Shown piece after piece: positions 24,401-33,300 of a stretch of DNA of 64,000 nt. Source of the DNA: an uncultured virus (IMG/VR IMGVR_UViG_3300035689_000009) (lineage: Duplodnaviria > Heunggongvirae > Uroviricota > Caudoviricetes); the IMG/VR virus record IMGVR_UViG_3300035689_000009, positions 1-64,000 of that record; one strand, given 5' to 3'. The position numbers and the translations under genes were made by a program. Each line of letters begins with the position of its first letter. The stretch's first letter is position 1. The notes beneath the pieces are model-generated. The model was not told where the DNA came from and searched no databases. It was given only the letters and a program-made list of their open reading frames with translations.

Positions 24401-27400
24401 TGTCAAGGATGCCGCATTTGACCAACCGTCTCCTAGGTCACCACCAAGAAATTGAGCTACACCAGTTCCGTTTCCTGGATAAATATTTCTCTTAAACAAC
24501 TCTAGATCTGGTTGTGCTGCAAAGTTTGACCACATTGTTCTCATGATTCCAACCATTGGTAGTCTTACGTCGATACCAAATGGTGATCCACCAATTCCAG
24601 TTCCATTTGAGTTATCACCAAATGGGTTTAAAACACCGGCTACTGTACCAGCTCCACCGGTTATGCCACTACCCTGACCAACTGCCAGATATGCATCTGA
24701 CGCTGCATTTCTGATACCGGCGTTCTTATTTCGTTCTGCATCTGTTAAAGGCTCGTACAGCATCATGCCGAAGTGTTTAATTCCAAATTTATTTTCAGAA
24801 AATACAGTTCCCCTTGTTGCATGCGCAAAAGCTTCTCTTGTTCTAGATGTGCCCATCGAAAGAAGTCTAACCATTAAATCTCTTGGTTCAGATAAGTACA
24901 ATCCAGTATTAAGACCGCCATCTATGTGACCGCTAGATCCTTTTTTGTCAACAGAGTTTACAACTGGACTAAGTTCAATAGCGTCAGATTGACATGTGAC
25001 AGTAACTATTTCTCCCAATTCAACTTCAGTTATTACACCATTGAATACGGTATGAAGTGAGTTTGGATTTGCGCCATAACCAACTCTTAGATGAACTCTT
25101 ACGCCTGGCTTAAGTCTTATGTTTTCTATGTCAACAATGTACTGACTTTCCATATGACCTAATTGATTTCTTGCAAAATTTAAAGTTCTATCAATTACCT
25201 GTTCAAGACCAGAAGTTAGTGATAATTTATCTACACCAGGCTTATCTTCTGTTTCACCACTTCCACTAAATATTGTTGTAGCTTCTTTTGTAGAAAGCTT
25301 TGCGTACATATTGGAAGCTCTAAATACCAACGTATCACCTAAGATATCCTCAGAGGATACTACAGAGAAATCTATTATAGACTGCAGTCCGTAGAAATTG
25401 TCAAATAGTTTTGTGCCAGCAAAATTCTTTTCGTCTATTAACCAGAGCATATATGTAGGGAAAGCTCTGACCATTCTTCCTGATATATCTCTATACTGAG
25501 TATCTACCATCATTTTTTCCCAGTGATCAGTAACACTTTTTGAATTACCATTTGACTTCATGGTCTCTGGTTTACCTTCATCCCCTGACGAGTATGAGTA
25601 CTGATATTCAGATAGCGCTTTTGCTCCAGGAACTCCGGTTAAAGATTTTGTTGTTCCAACATCTGGTGTCTGAGTGTCGGTTATTCCCACGTATTCAACT
25701 GAACTATCTTTTTTAACAGCAACGTCATCTACGGTTAAATAAAATCTTCCATTTTTTTTATCGATATATCCAAATTGATATCCGTCTGCAGTATGTATCA
25801 TTGATGGAATTTTTGGGTCACCAAGTTCTGCTGATGGAAAAGTATTTATAATAGCATGTGCGTCTAGTTCATCTGGGCTAAAGCTTATGTATCCGTCTTC
25901 CGCAAAACCATCTGCGGTTCCACCTAATGAAGCTTGTAGCTTTGATCTTGCTTCTTCATTGGAGCTTGATAGGTCTCCAGCTTTTAATTGACCAGAAGAT
26001 AGTCTCCAACTAGAGTCAGCTAAATCCTTAGTATCAAATTCACCTTCGTCTAAAGAGTCTACATAGTTTAATAAAAATTTATCATGAGGTTGATCAACGT
26101 CTAACAAGGCTTCCATTATATAAGAAGCTGTTTCTGAAGCCTTTAATCCTAATGTTCCCCTAGAGTAAGCTTTTAATTCATCTAATTGATCATTTAATAT
26201 ATATTCTCTAAACTTAGCAACGACCGCAGAACCCTTATGGGTCATTGATCCATAGGGTGTTACTACTGTTATTTCCTTAGATGGGTCAACATTAAATGTA
26301 TTAAGCCTAGAGAGCTTACCTTTATTTTCGGTAACGCTACGTATAACGTCTCTATCGAACATCTCAAAACTTCTAAAATAGAAATCTGGATCAAGACATC
26401 CTACAACTTCGCTATCCTTATTTCTAATCTCCAATGGAAAGTCTGGATATGAATTAAACGAGCCCCACAGCTGCTTCATTCTTAGGAATGGATTTTTCTT
26501 TGTTCCGAATTCTTCAATCATCTTTCTTTGTTGATCAGAAGATAACTGTTCACGCTTTTGTTGAAATATATCAAAGTCTACTAATCTTAAAGAAACATCA
26601 TAGACATGTGGAAAATTTGGGATAGTTGAAACATTGAACGAAAGAGGAAGAACATACTTAACCCCAGCTAAAGCTGTTATTATATTTTTGATACCCAAAA
26701 AGCCCATAACACCAGCAGCATGTTCGAGTCTGGCTAATCCGTTAATATGATCAAATATTTTTCTTAATTTTATTAATTCTTTTTCACCAAATACTTTCAT
26801 GGAAATATTTATATAACTATCTCCACCACCAATGTGTTGATAGGTTGGCTCATCTTGCATTTGTACCTGCAGAGGAATTATGTTATTACTCATTGAGATA
26901 GAGACATCGGTAACGATTGCGTTAGCTGGATCTATATCAACTCTTATCATTGGCACTTCCCACTCTCTTATGTGGAAACTCCCGTTTCTTTCTCTAGCTG
27001 CCTCCATCAAATCTCTGATTGGTCCAGCCTTAAAGAATCTTTCATACACCATAGAACTATAACCAGCAGCAAACTGCTTCTTAATTATTGATCTTTCGTT
27101 CTCTTTCCATTCATCATCTTTAGTTTTTCCTGCATTTATTGCTCTTTTTTGCAAATACTCATCAACCAAAAAATCAAGATAAGAGGTTGTGCTCAATGCT
27201 TTAGATTTAAAGAAAGATTTTATCTGAGATAGTGTTTCATCCTGGAAAACAATTGCTCCAAAAACATATCTTTCTGTATCTTCATATGCGTTTTCTGTTC
27301 TATCAAAATCTCTTAAGTAGGCTTTCCTATCGGAATCAAGCTGTGGATTCTGAAATATAAAACTTGTTATGATAAAATCATAAGCTTTTTTTTGAAAGTC

Positions 27401-29821
27401 TGTTGTATTTCTTCCCGCAGTTAATATGTCAATACTTTGTACGATTTTTTGATTAACAGTATACTCAACGATATTTCCTGTTGAAGTTGTTATAACTGAA
27501 TCTAAATCTCTATGATATCCAGCTGATTCATTTATATCTATACCAAAGTTAGCCAACATTTGATTCCAAAAACTTCTACCTGTATCAGTCAAGCCTTTTT
27601 CTTCAGCGGATTGAAATCCAGATACGTCTGGAGTAAATATTTTAGTTTGAGTTTCAGCTGGCATGTAAAATGATAGGTTGCTACCGTTTGTCCATTCTCT
27701 AACTACGTTAGTAGTAAACACTTCGTTCTTATAGCCAAGGAGAGCGTCGTTAACGATCTTAGAAGGAGATATCCCAGCTTGGGCCGAGAGCCTATCAGAA
27801 GCCGCCTGAATGCCTCTTAAGTCATCCTGAGTGACATCTCCGTCTCTATCGGTGTCAAGCATTGCTTCGGCAACTGAAACCATTGCGTCTTTTGTTGCAT
27901 TAAGGAGACCCTCTTTGCCAAACATTAAGAATTCTTCATTTATATAATTATGAAGAGCTCCAGCTGCCTTGCCCATATACTGCCTAAACTTACCCCAATG
28001 TATTGCTTGATTAAAGTCATTAAGCATCGGTAGGAAAGGCTTATGGTTAAAGTTGTATAGATTTAATGTAACCACTAATGCAAATGGGTAGCTTGGTATT
28101 GTCGAGATCGACATCCCCTGAAGGGCAACACCAGTTATTCCGTATACAGAATTTAGATAATGATTTCTAATAGGAAGAAATGGCGCATACTTAAACGCGG
28201 CAACTAAACCTCTTAGCGATGAAAGGAACTTATCTATCTTTTCTTCATTGTCACCATTGCCACTAAAGTCTATTGTGAAGTTATCCTTAAGGGTAATTTT
28301 TGAAGCGTCTTCGATTGAAATACCCCATATCTCCTCATAGTTTGGAAAGAACAATTGCATACTGACAGTTGTATGCTTGTATCCAGAATTAAACTTTGGA
28401 CTATTTTTTTGTCTTAGCGCGCCCTCTCCTAAGCTACTTGTTTTGAATTGAGTTTGAACATCAATACCAATTGGTGGCACATAGAAATTAGCTGCACCTA
28501 ATCTAAGATGAAATATATCAGGAGAAGACGGTGGAATATTTTGTCTAAACGGAAACTCTGCAATAGCTTTTTCTATTCTTTGACCAGTGTTAATTAGATC
28601 CCACGCACCAGTAAAAATATTTTCACCATTAACTTGACCAAGAGCAGCCATCAAATCATTTAATACTGCTTGACCATCATTAAGTTTATCTTCTGAGCCG
28701 CCACCTTTTCCACCGTTTGAATAGTCAGCCGTTGCTGCTAGTGCGGCAAAAAAGAAATTAACTAGCTCTGGGAAATATCTATAGATTGTAGCTAATGTTA
28801 CGGGATCTCTAGAGAGTCTTTGTAGGACAACAGTAAGCTGCTGAAGCCAACCAGTGTCTCTTACTCCATCTAATACGTTTGCTGCACCGGCACTACCCGT
28901 AACTCTTTCAAGGGTAGACAGTCTAGCTCTACCAAATGCCTGCATTGCATCGATGTAGCTTAATAGATCAAAAAGACCCGATGCTTCAATTTTATCAAAC
29001 AAAGATTTTTGGTAAGTGTCATTTAACTTATATATATCCGTACTTGGAGATGCAACTGCTATGAATTGATTAACATAGTTATCCTGAAAAGCTTTATCAT
29101 AAACAAAACTCGCATTGTTTTTTCTTACTAAGCTTTCATAATACTGAGAAATTGAAGAATAAGAGTTATCGGAATGATCAAAACCAATTATAGCTGCTCC
29201 ACGTCTTATGAATTCCTCTAAAGCCGCTGCCCTTTCTATTGTTGTACCAAGTGAATTCTCATCAACGGCTGGAGGTTCTTGAACATCTTCCGGATTATCA
29301 CTATCTATATTAAAGTTTTTTACTCTTTCTGCAATAAAGCTAGCCATTGCTGAAGCTGACTCTATATAGTGCCAGCACGAATCAACCTTAGAATAAGCTG
29401 CGCTATACCATGCTTCAAATGCTTTTGCGTAAGCTACGTCTGTTAAATCAACATTTTTAGTTGGTATTTTTTTATCAAACTTCTTTAGAATGCCAACTAT
29501 ATAAGTGATATCGTTTTCAGCATTCATTTTTGTATCTTGTATTTTAATGGCTGCAATTGCCGCATTACGCCAAGCAATATCATTAAAATCAGGTGGAGCA
29601 ATTTTAATACCCCATGGCAATCTCTCAACACCAGCCCACACACCTATCGTGCCGGCAAAACCAGGTAAAACTGTTTGTAATTTAGCTAATGCTGGCCCAG
29701 GTTGTATGTTTGAATTTGCGTTTAATGTTACCTGTTGGATTTCAAGAACGTAATCGTCTACTTGCTGCTTAGTGGTAAACTGTTCTTTTATGTAATAGAA
29801 TGCTTCTTGATTTATAGTCAT
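18440..29821 (-). CDS. Giant baseplate hub / tail-tip protein (3793 aa) with C-terminal thermonuclease-like (SNase OB-fold) domain
   Basis: Hub-like segments GVRVHLRVGYG...VFNGVITEV and YSGELIVIGSADIRPHDLVYL...FEVEQVVHHF; C-terminal VIDGDEIEV...KVRLEGI resembles the SNase motif. Confidence 0.65.
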   Translation of the reverse strand: MTINQEAFYYIKEQFTTKQQVDDYVLEIQQVTLNANSNIQPGPALAKLQTVLPGFAGTIGVWAGVERLPWGIKIAPPDFNDIAWRNAAIAAIKIQDTKMNAENDITYIVGILKKFDKKIPTKNVDLTDVAYAKAFEAWYSAAYSKVDSCWHYIESASAMASFIAERVKNFNIDSDNPEDVQEPPAVDENSLGTTIERAAALEEFIRRGAAIIGFDHSDNSYSSISQYYESLVRKNNASFVYDKAFQDNYVNQFIAVASPSTDIYKLNDTYQKSLFDKIEASGLFDLLSYIDAMQAFGRARLSTLERVTGSAGAANVLDGVRDTGWLQQLTVVLQRLSRDPVTLATIYRYFPELVNFFFAALAATADYSNGGKGGGSEDKLNDGQAVLNDLMAALGQVNGENIFTGAWDLINTGQRIEKAIAEFPFRQNIPPSSPDIFHLRLGAANFYVPPIGIDVQTQFKTSSLGEGALRQKNSPKFNSGYKHTTVSMQLFFPNYEEIWGISIEDASKITLKDNFTIDFSGNGDNEEKIDKFLSSLRGLVAAFKYAPFLPIRNHYLNSVYGITGVALQGMSISTIPSYPFALVVTLNLYNFNHKPFLPMLNDFNQAIHWGKFRQYMGKAAGALHNYINEEFLMFGKEGLLNATKDAMVSVAEAMLDTDRDGDVTQDDLRGIQAASDRLSAQAGISPSKIVNDALLGYKNEVFTTNVVREWTNGSNLSFYMPAETQTKIFTPDVSGFQSAEEKGLTDTGRSFWNQMLANFGIDINESAGYHRDLDSVITTSTGNIVEYTVNQKIVQSIDILTAGRNTTDFQKKAYDFIITSFIFQNPQLDSDRKAYLRDFDRTENAYEDTERYVFGAIVFQDETLSQIKSFFKSKALSTTSYLDFLVDEYLQKRAINAGKTKDDEWKENERSIIKKQFAAGYSSMVYERFFKAGPIRDLMEAARERNGSFHIREWEVPMIRVDIDPANAIVTDVSISMSNNIIPLQVQMQDEPTYQHIGGGDSYINISMKVFGEKELIKLRKIFDHINGLARLEHAAGVMGFLGIKNIITALAGVKYVLPLSFNVSTIPNFPHVYDVSLRLVDFDIFQQKREQLSSDQQRKMIEEFGTKKNPFLRMKQLWGSFNSYPDFPLEIRNKDSEVVGCLDPDFYFRSFEMFDRDVIRSVTENKGKLSRLNTFNVDPSKEITVVTPYGSMTHKGSAVVAKFREYILNDQLDELKAYSRGTLGLKASETASYIMEALLDVDQPHDKFLLNYVDSLDEGEFDTKDLADSSWRLSSGQLKAGDLSSSNEEARSKLQASLGGTADGFAEDGYISFSPDELDAHAIINTFPSAELGDPKIPSMIHTADGYQFGYIDKKNGRFYLTVDDVAVKKDSSVEYVGITDTQTPDVGTTKSLTGVPGAKALSEYQYSYSSGDEGKPETMKSNGNSKSVTDHWEKMMVDTQYRDISGRMVRAFPTYMLWLIDEKNFAGTKLFDNFYGLQSIIDFSVVSSEDILGDTLVFRASNMYAKLSTKEATTIFSGSGETEDKPGVDKLSLTSGLEQVIDRTLNFARNQLGHMESQYIVDIENIRLKPGVRVHLRVGYGANPNSLHTVFNGVITEVELGEIVTVTCQSDAIELSPVVNSVDKKGSSGHIDGGLNTGLYLSEPRDLMVRLLSMGTSRTREAFAHATRGTVFSENKFGIKHFGMMLYEPLTDAERNKNAGIRNAASDAYLAVGQGSGITGGAGTVAGVLNPFGDNSNGTGIGGSPFGIDVRLPMVGIMRTMWSNFAAQPDLELFKRNIYPGNGTGVAQFLGGDLGDGWSNAASLTPEDMPNPRLDYQNRLTDSSWNNLLQRYDGGSKNASAAIDNLTLGMEARASGGTAAAVLGGGLLAAGTALAIGTGGIALPFIGGAMAVGGGASLLGGLSGRGGVNIWKTFGLISDLDDDMAGFDEVSFRAQTYMKSVWDLFQMCARLLPNYIVAVRPFEDRSTVFYGKPHWLYTSAVVPITTGFPSEDKAVRLGLKRPSYRSPDSELMDLLTKVNKQSNSTADYEAFKQGQNPSISISEIVKQQSSYSDIYAPAGILRGKVINFLDPWRTAYYGNSKTTKEQLTNDILSEIPKNKGYVTVGFHLPIDSTGQNASEVDIEKMKSLHVEIPQMPLRFSFPFFTDRVAGAVLLDYAFYALSNNRSGEGDDRLKTGTIHDGDKDFEKLGHDTLYTSLLDTEASLIASSLTDQREGGTEDEFVINLAAVSFTAAVNPINSFGNDKFIFDLSTSGVTGSKSLIRMPLPSLLEQVRGIEKLEGSWEYEYINQRTITSGSPFSYRDWGSPASALDEQFYIAMRWPYEITEDKDDEIFKKFKDEYFPDRDVNQFYGKPKDYKNRKVLVYSPTTRTAVVCKPAYFLWGTDKADLINGSLAANDNTDSENRTDDNFINFKSDSFKEVDLAAVVSPDAAYYLGVMHLTENEKEYFGSENDKIGNDNNHANASAQALAKAGLAPTPMPRDCYFTFVDDSVPLGVVTTIYNPANEFKYNGETHVDMDYFIGFGAFASEGDGKLIAEKATKAGMQKLGLSGTADSIERQLELLNERPTAFTNTQWQEYIPVTGITLLDQGHFAEAAARGGNILAGKEQENSYFDYIINEEYSALEREALYTVLDAELRSTGDEDTGTGRERFAPVYDPAAPESIKAREFFDEGFSASTHVIAGNGRTLSQANDVWDQFRFNYHNEIAIKKIFFDAFGMDPDDITPLPDFLITILRNPKANPDIFKLFSANGPDSTAVDEFSLLLGSDFIANPNQRTGIPYGTADSMERQIESGSGSLVSSDTVKQAIEFARKNLVDAPLDEGGLVRYFDALVKTKYKKLGLFLQSQSNLSLILGADVGGGQPKVDDIIKDNFTPKQVFLLIVGMFRQAMWQDAYARAWLVLKPNRQYASDDMWDFSPVHKIFAAFIDPNQDYASNKRKFLKLLADNKGEGNSAGNVVGVLTHNIDSFWDQNIGPLFTALSDGLSGLMNMFRMSMLQMGYGLSNIDNFSQQANIMNKVLNDSIYYSLGRPGSLLRAIDNPFTREYGEPVVEVREPFQKIHYISSFSTIIANNIQETITNVATQVTAVSEGKYPVTVALDKSIPAERQVEKTVETGLFFDNIAGEGLFGIAQPLFHPIEFARGAIKLSQGAPDELMARRVGLAHLKESLKDIYSGELIVIGSADIRPHDLVYLADVYERMYGIFEVEQVVHHFTPNMGFITSITPNALVTINDPARWFMSSWIHSWMSIQNIRNDTRSLINSVQAGSTGILSGGDISVDGMSEALRSQMMGGVQFTHGSSALMSDIMANFAAEGLTDAQSQIENQMKQNSENGISLTGIAATYLTTVGLTAATAAIPGGAIAAGIAGAVASDLFWKGWKWVRDNVLDQHGCYISYLNKNGQPMDASLAINQGMVVGRYHTKRLLPGILGVKSKVRTVDGNAFIRNDDLLKSLGWKEKEITDLVRYVSYENALVNAEVLKYSGTGPDKTGLNQYFKVICKLHNVIDGDEIEVVDLMNPTGQPFKVRLEGIIASSLGTFQAYTNTSIQAGYKPDDPTTAINVNSPGGRAAIFVSERLRDKPFVIRVSPNDQSSTSIYTEDDLSPGSRINNTNSYFKGVNYGDQEREKSLGTVFYRMLDEDKETNISIIRSFFVQNLGLSIIQKKEKFKKNLYGESVFGQKFDEIYNSIYTSNMENHFEITGETDPLLTITNDERKLFNDLVNFKILEVLYSKASEWPYISWDEYYNDGAPATLNWELVTNNLAQVYTVDLLRERASTGGLDRSIPTPSYVQQKSGL

Positions 29822-29830
29822 AGATACTAC

Positions 29831-30299
29831 CTAAAACATTCCTTCTATTTTACGCATTTGCAACAGTCTGTCTCCAGAAGAATTTCTTTTTAAAGAACTT
29901 GAATAGTTATCTATTATAGCAGAATTTTTTATATTATTTGAATTATTTTTTAATGCTAAAGAATCGCCAGTAAGGGAAAAGCTTTTTTTATTATATCTTG
30001 CTTGTTGATTTGCTTTATTATCATAACCAGCTCCATTAGCTTGGATGTAAGCTGGAGATGAATTCATGTATCCTTCATATGATCCCTTTAGCGGATCAGA
30101 TGGGGCTTCAGCTTCTGGAGAGAATCCATGTATGCTTGCTGACCTTGAATCGTTTGTTCTTTTAGCTAGCCCGTGAAGTAATTGCTGCACCAGCTGGGCT
30201 AGGGGTGCCACTGTTAGCTTTTGGCCCTGAAGCAGCTGCCACTAAATTGGCGTTAGTTTTAGCTACCCCACCAGATCCAGTAGGAAGGTTATCAGCCAT
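29831..30299 (-). CDS. Hypothetical protein, ~155 aa, requires +1 shift at 30173
   Basis: ATG at 30299 with AAAGGA RBS; MADNLPTGSGG...ITS then TCA C GGG CTA joins the tracked ORF 29831-30211. Confidence 0.65.
30170..30173 (-). other. +1 recoding site 3 (TCA CGG G -> TCA GGG), codon 43
   Basis: In-frame CGG; zero frame ends RAS*; the only CGG-G site. Confidence 0.7.
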
Positions 30300-30325
30300 A
30301 AAATAATTTATCCTTTAATTTAAAA

Positions 30326-33300
30326 TTAGAAAGAACCCGCTATATCGTCGTAAGGATTACGTCCTAAAGAAGGGAGGCTATCATGCATAGTACCTTGGAC
30401 ATTCCCATTTGTTACTAATCCGAGCTCTATTCATAAATTGCTCCATGTTGTCCTGATCTCCATCTACTGATATATTATAAGACATTCCTTGACCATTTTG
30501 TGAAATTGGCGCGTCTGAAAATCCCATTGGTGAACTTGGAATTCTCTCGTATGGATTACCACCCGGCAATAATGGTGGACCAGACATTGCTTCTTGAGTA
30601 TGTTCTTTTTTATTAATAGATCCAAAAATTGCAAGACCAGTGGCTATCGCTGCTACACCAGCTATCTTTCCTTTATTTTTTAATGCGCCTTCATATAATT
30701 CTCTCATCTGTGGTGACTTCATAAAGTCTTGTATTCTTGTATATTTTCCAGAAGCAGTAGCTCCCGCATCACCATAACTACTAGCAAGTGACGCACGGAG
30801 TGCGCTAGCTGCTTTATCATCGGCTTCACGCATAAATTTCTTCATCATGTTTTCTATTGCTTCATCAATTGTTCCCAGCGATCTTTCGGTTGCTTCACCC
30901 CTTAAACCAGGAGTAATTATTCCTTCTGCTATTTCTTCACCACCCTCTAGCATGGCATTAAATTGAGCATATGCGGGACGCTGCGTTTCCAGCACAGCAG
31001 AATATCTCCTTTTAATTGAACCTATTAATCTTACTCTATTTGAAATCTCTTGTGCAATTTCTTCTTCTGATTTACCAACAGCAGCGTTTCTTATTCTTTG
31101 ACCAATAATGCCACCTGTTGGATCTAAGTCTTCTCCATTAAAAGCAAGAAAATCTTCTAAGAATTCTAAATCTATTGAAGATTTAATCATGCCATCTAAA
31201 ACTTGCTGAACTTCTTCTGGGTTAACTAATTTAGGAACTCTTTCCAGCATATTAATCTCAGCATTTGTTGCTGAGATTCTATCTACTTTAAATAGTTTAG
31301 ATAAAAAGTCTTTATCCATTAAGTTAGATGGAACTGTTAAATCTAAATCAGCATTTTTGCTTGCAAGTGATTCTATTAAATTAACCATATCATCAGTTTG
31401 ATTTTTTGCAGAAAAGTTAGTTAACCTTAATTCATTATTAGTTCTAACAAAAGCAGATAATTCTTGAAGGGTAAATGGCTTCATTCCCGGTACTGCAATT
31501 TCAATTGCCTCAGCTGAGGCTAGTGCATTTTCAAATGCAAATCCCATTCTTCTACTAGTTTCTTCAATGATACTAGGATTTGAAATGCGTGTTGCGTTTT
31601 TCATTTCTTCTATCTGAAACAATAATTTATCCATAACATCTTCTACGGTATTAAATTTAGTTTCATCAGTTTGAAATCTTTGGATATGAGCAGTAAAAAA
31701 TTCTTGAAGAGTGGTTTTAGCTTCTTGTTGCGCAAAACTATCTGATGCTCTTAGTGTATTTATAATCGTTGTTCTTTTTTGTTCAAAAAGACGAGGTGAT
31801 TTACTCTCTAATAAATCAAATAATTCATCTTCGGTCATTAAATTTCTCTCAATTAATTTTGCTGCTACATCTTTTCTACTGCGAAGTGTGTAGCCATTAA
31901 ATTTCATGTCTTCAATATCCCTTAAAAGACTATCTTCAATCATTATGTCTTGCATTGTTTTTCCAACGAGTCCTTCGGGATCTCCCAAACGAGTTGTAAG
32001 AACTCCACTTAATTCATTCATCGCCTCATTTAATTGTTCCGTATTAAAGGCATCAGCGAGGGTTTTAAATGGCGCATACTGATTGTACTTTATGCTACCA
32101 AGCCTCTCTTGAGCTCTTAAGAGTTTAGCATTGACGCTTGTCATGATGTCATCTATGTTAGCTGTTCCAAAATTTTCTTTAGCTTCGCCCTGTAGGCCAA
32201 AAAGCTCAAGAAGTTTTAGCTTAACTTCTTCTCCAGTTACTTTTTTAACACCCTTTGATGCATTCACAGCCCTAGTAATATCATCTATCTTTTGTATGAT
32301 ACTACCTTTTGGTAAATCTACCCCAAGAGCTCCTGCTACTTCGTTTGCTCCTTTGACGATTGAATCTATTACCGTATTAACATCACCTTTGCCTGCAAGA
32401 TCTGTAATACCAGATAATTTTAAGTGTGTTGCAAAGTCGTCAAATCCAACCATTCCTATTCCGCTAAAATCTGCTTCGGGATACAACTCTTGTAAAGCTC
32501 TTATCATACCCATTTGTTTTGCAGTATTAGAAACAAGTGCTGTTCCTGTATTTTCTGTTGCTACGTTTATAAGACCAATTAATTCTTCGCTAAATTTATC
32601 ATTTCTTGAAAGTATTGCGTTTACAAGCTTAGAGTTGTCAGTAAAATCTGCAATATCCAATCCGGCTCTTCCTGCTATTGCATGTAAGTCAGTAGCGTTG
32701 TCTTCCGACATAAGGGAATACAATGCGTTTGATAATGCTCCTTGAGCAACTTCATCAGAGAAGCCAGCGTCTCTAGTGAGATTATATGCCATGAGCATAT
32801 CTTTATTTGTTGCGGCCAAATTTATTTTCATACTTGCGCCTACAGCTGAGTCAATTGCGCCTTCTGGATTTTGAACAAGAGATGTCATAGCTTCAATATT
32901 TGTAATTAATTTTTCTAATTCTATGTTTCCATTTGGTCCTTGTGCATAATCCTTTAGTCTACCTAGCGCTGCGAGTCTTTGTTCTTCTGAGGAAACTGCC
33001 CAACCAAGTCTATTGACATATTTGCCCAACTCTCCACGAGAAGCAGACATTGAAGCAACGTTAGCTCTTTGAAACATTGAATCTAAGGCAGTTTTAACTC
33101 CGCATTGTTACTTCTTCTAACCCATCTTGCACTGAGTTTTTATACAATCTTCCTGATACTCTAACAGCAAAATCCATAGGGGTCATTACCGTATCAGCTG
33201 ATCTACTAGACACATAATCAAAAGCTTCCTTGTAGGAACCTGCTCCCATTTGCGAATTGTACATTTTTTCAATTGAATTGATAAAAATTTTATCTTCAAC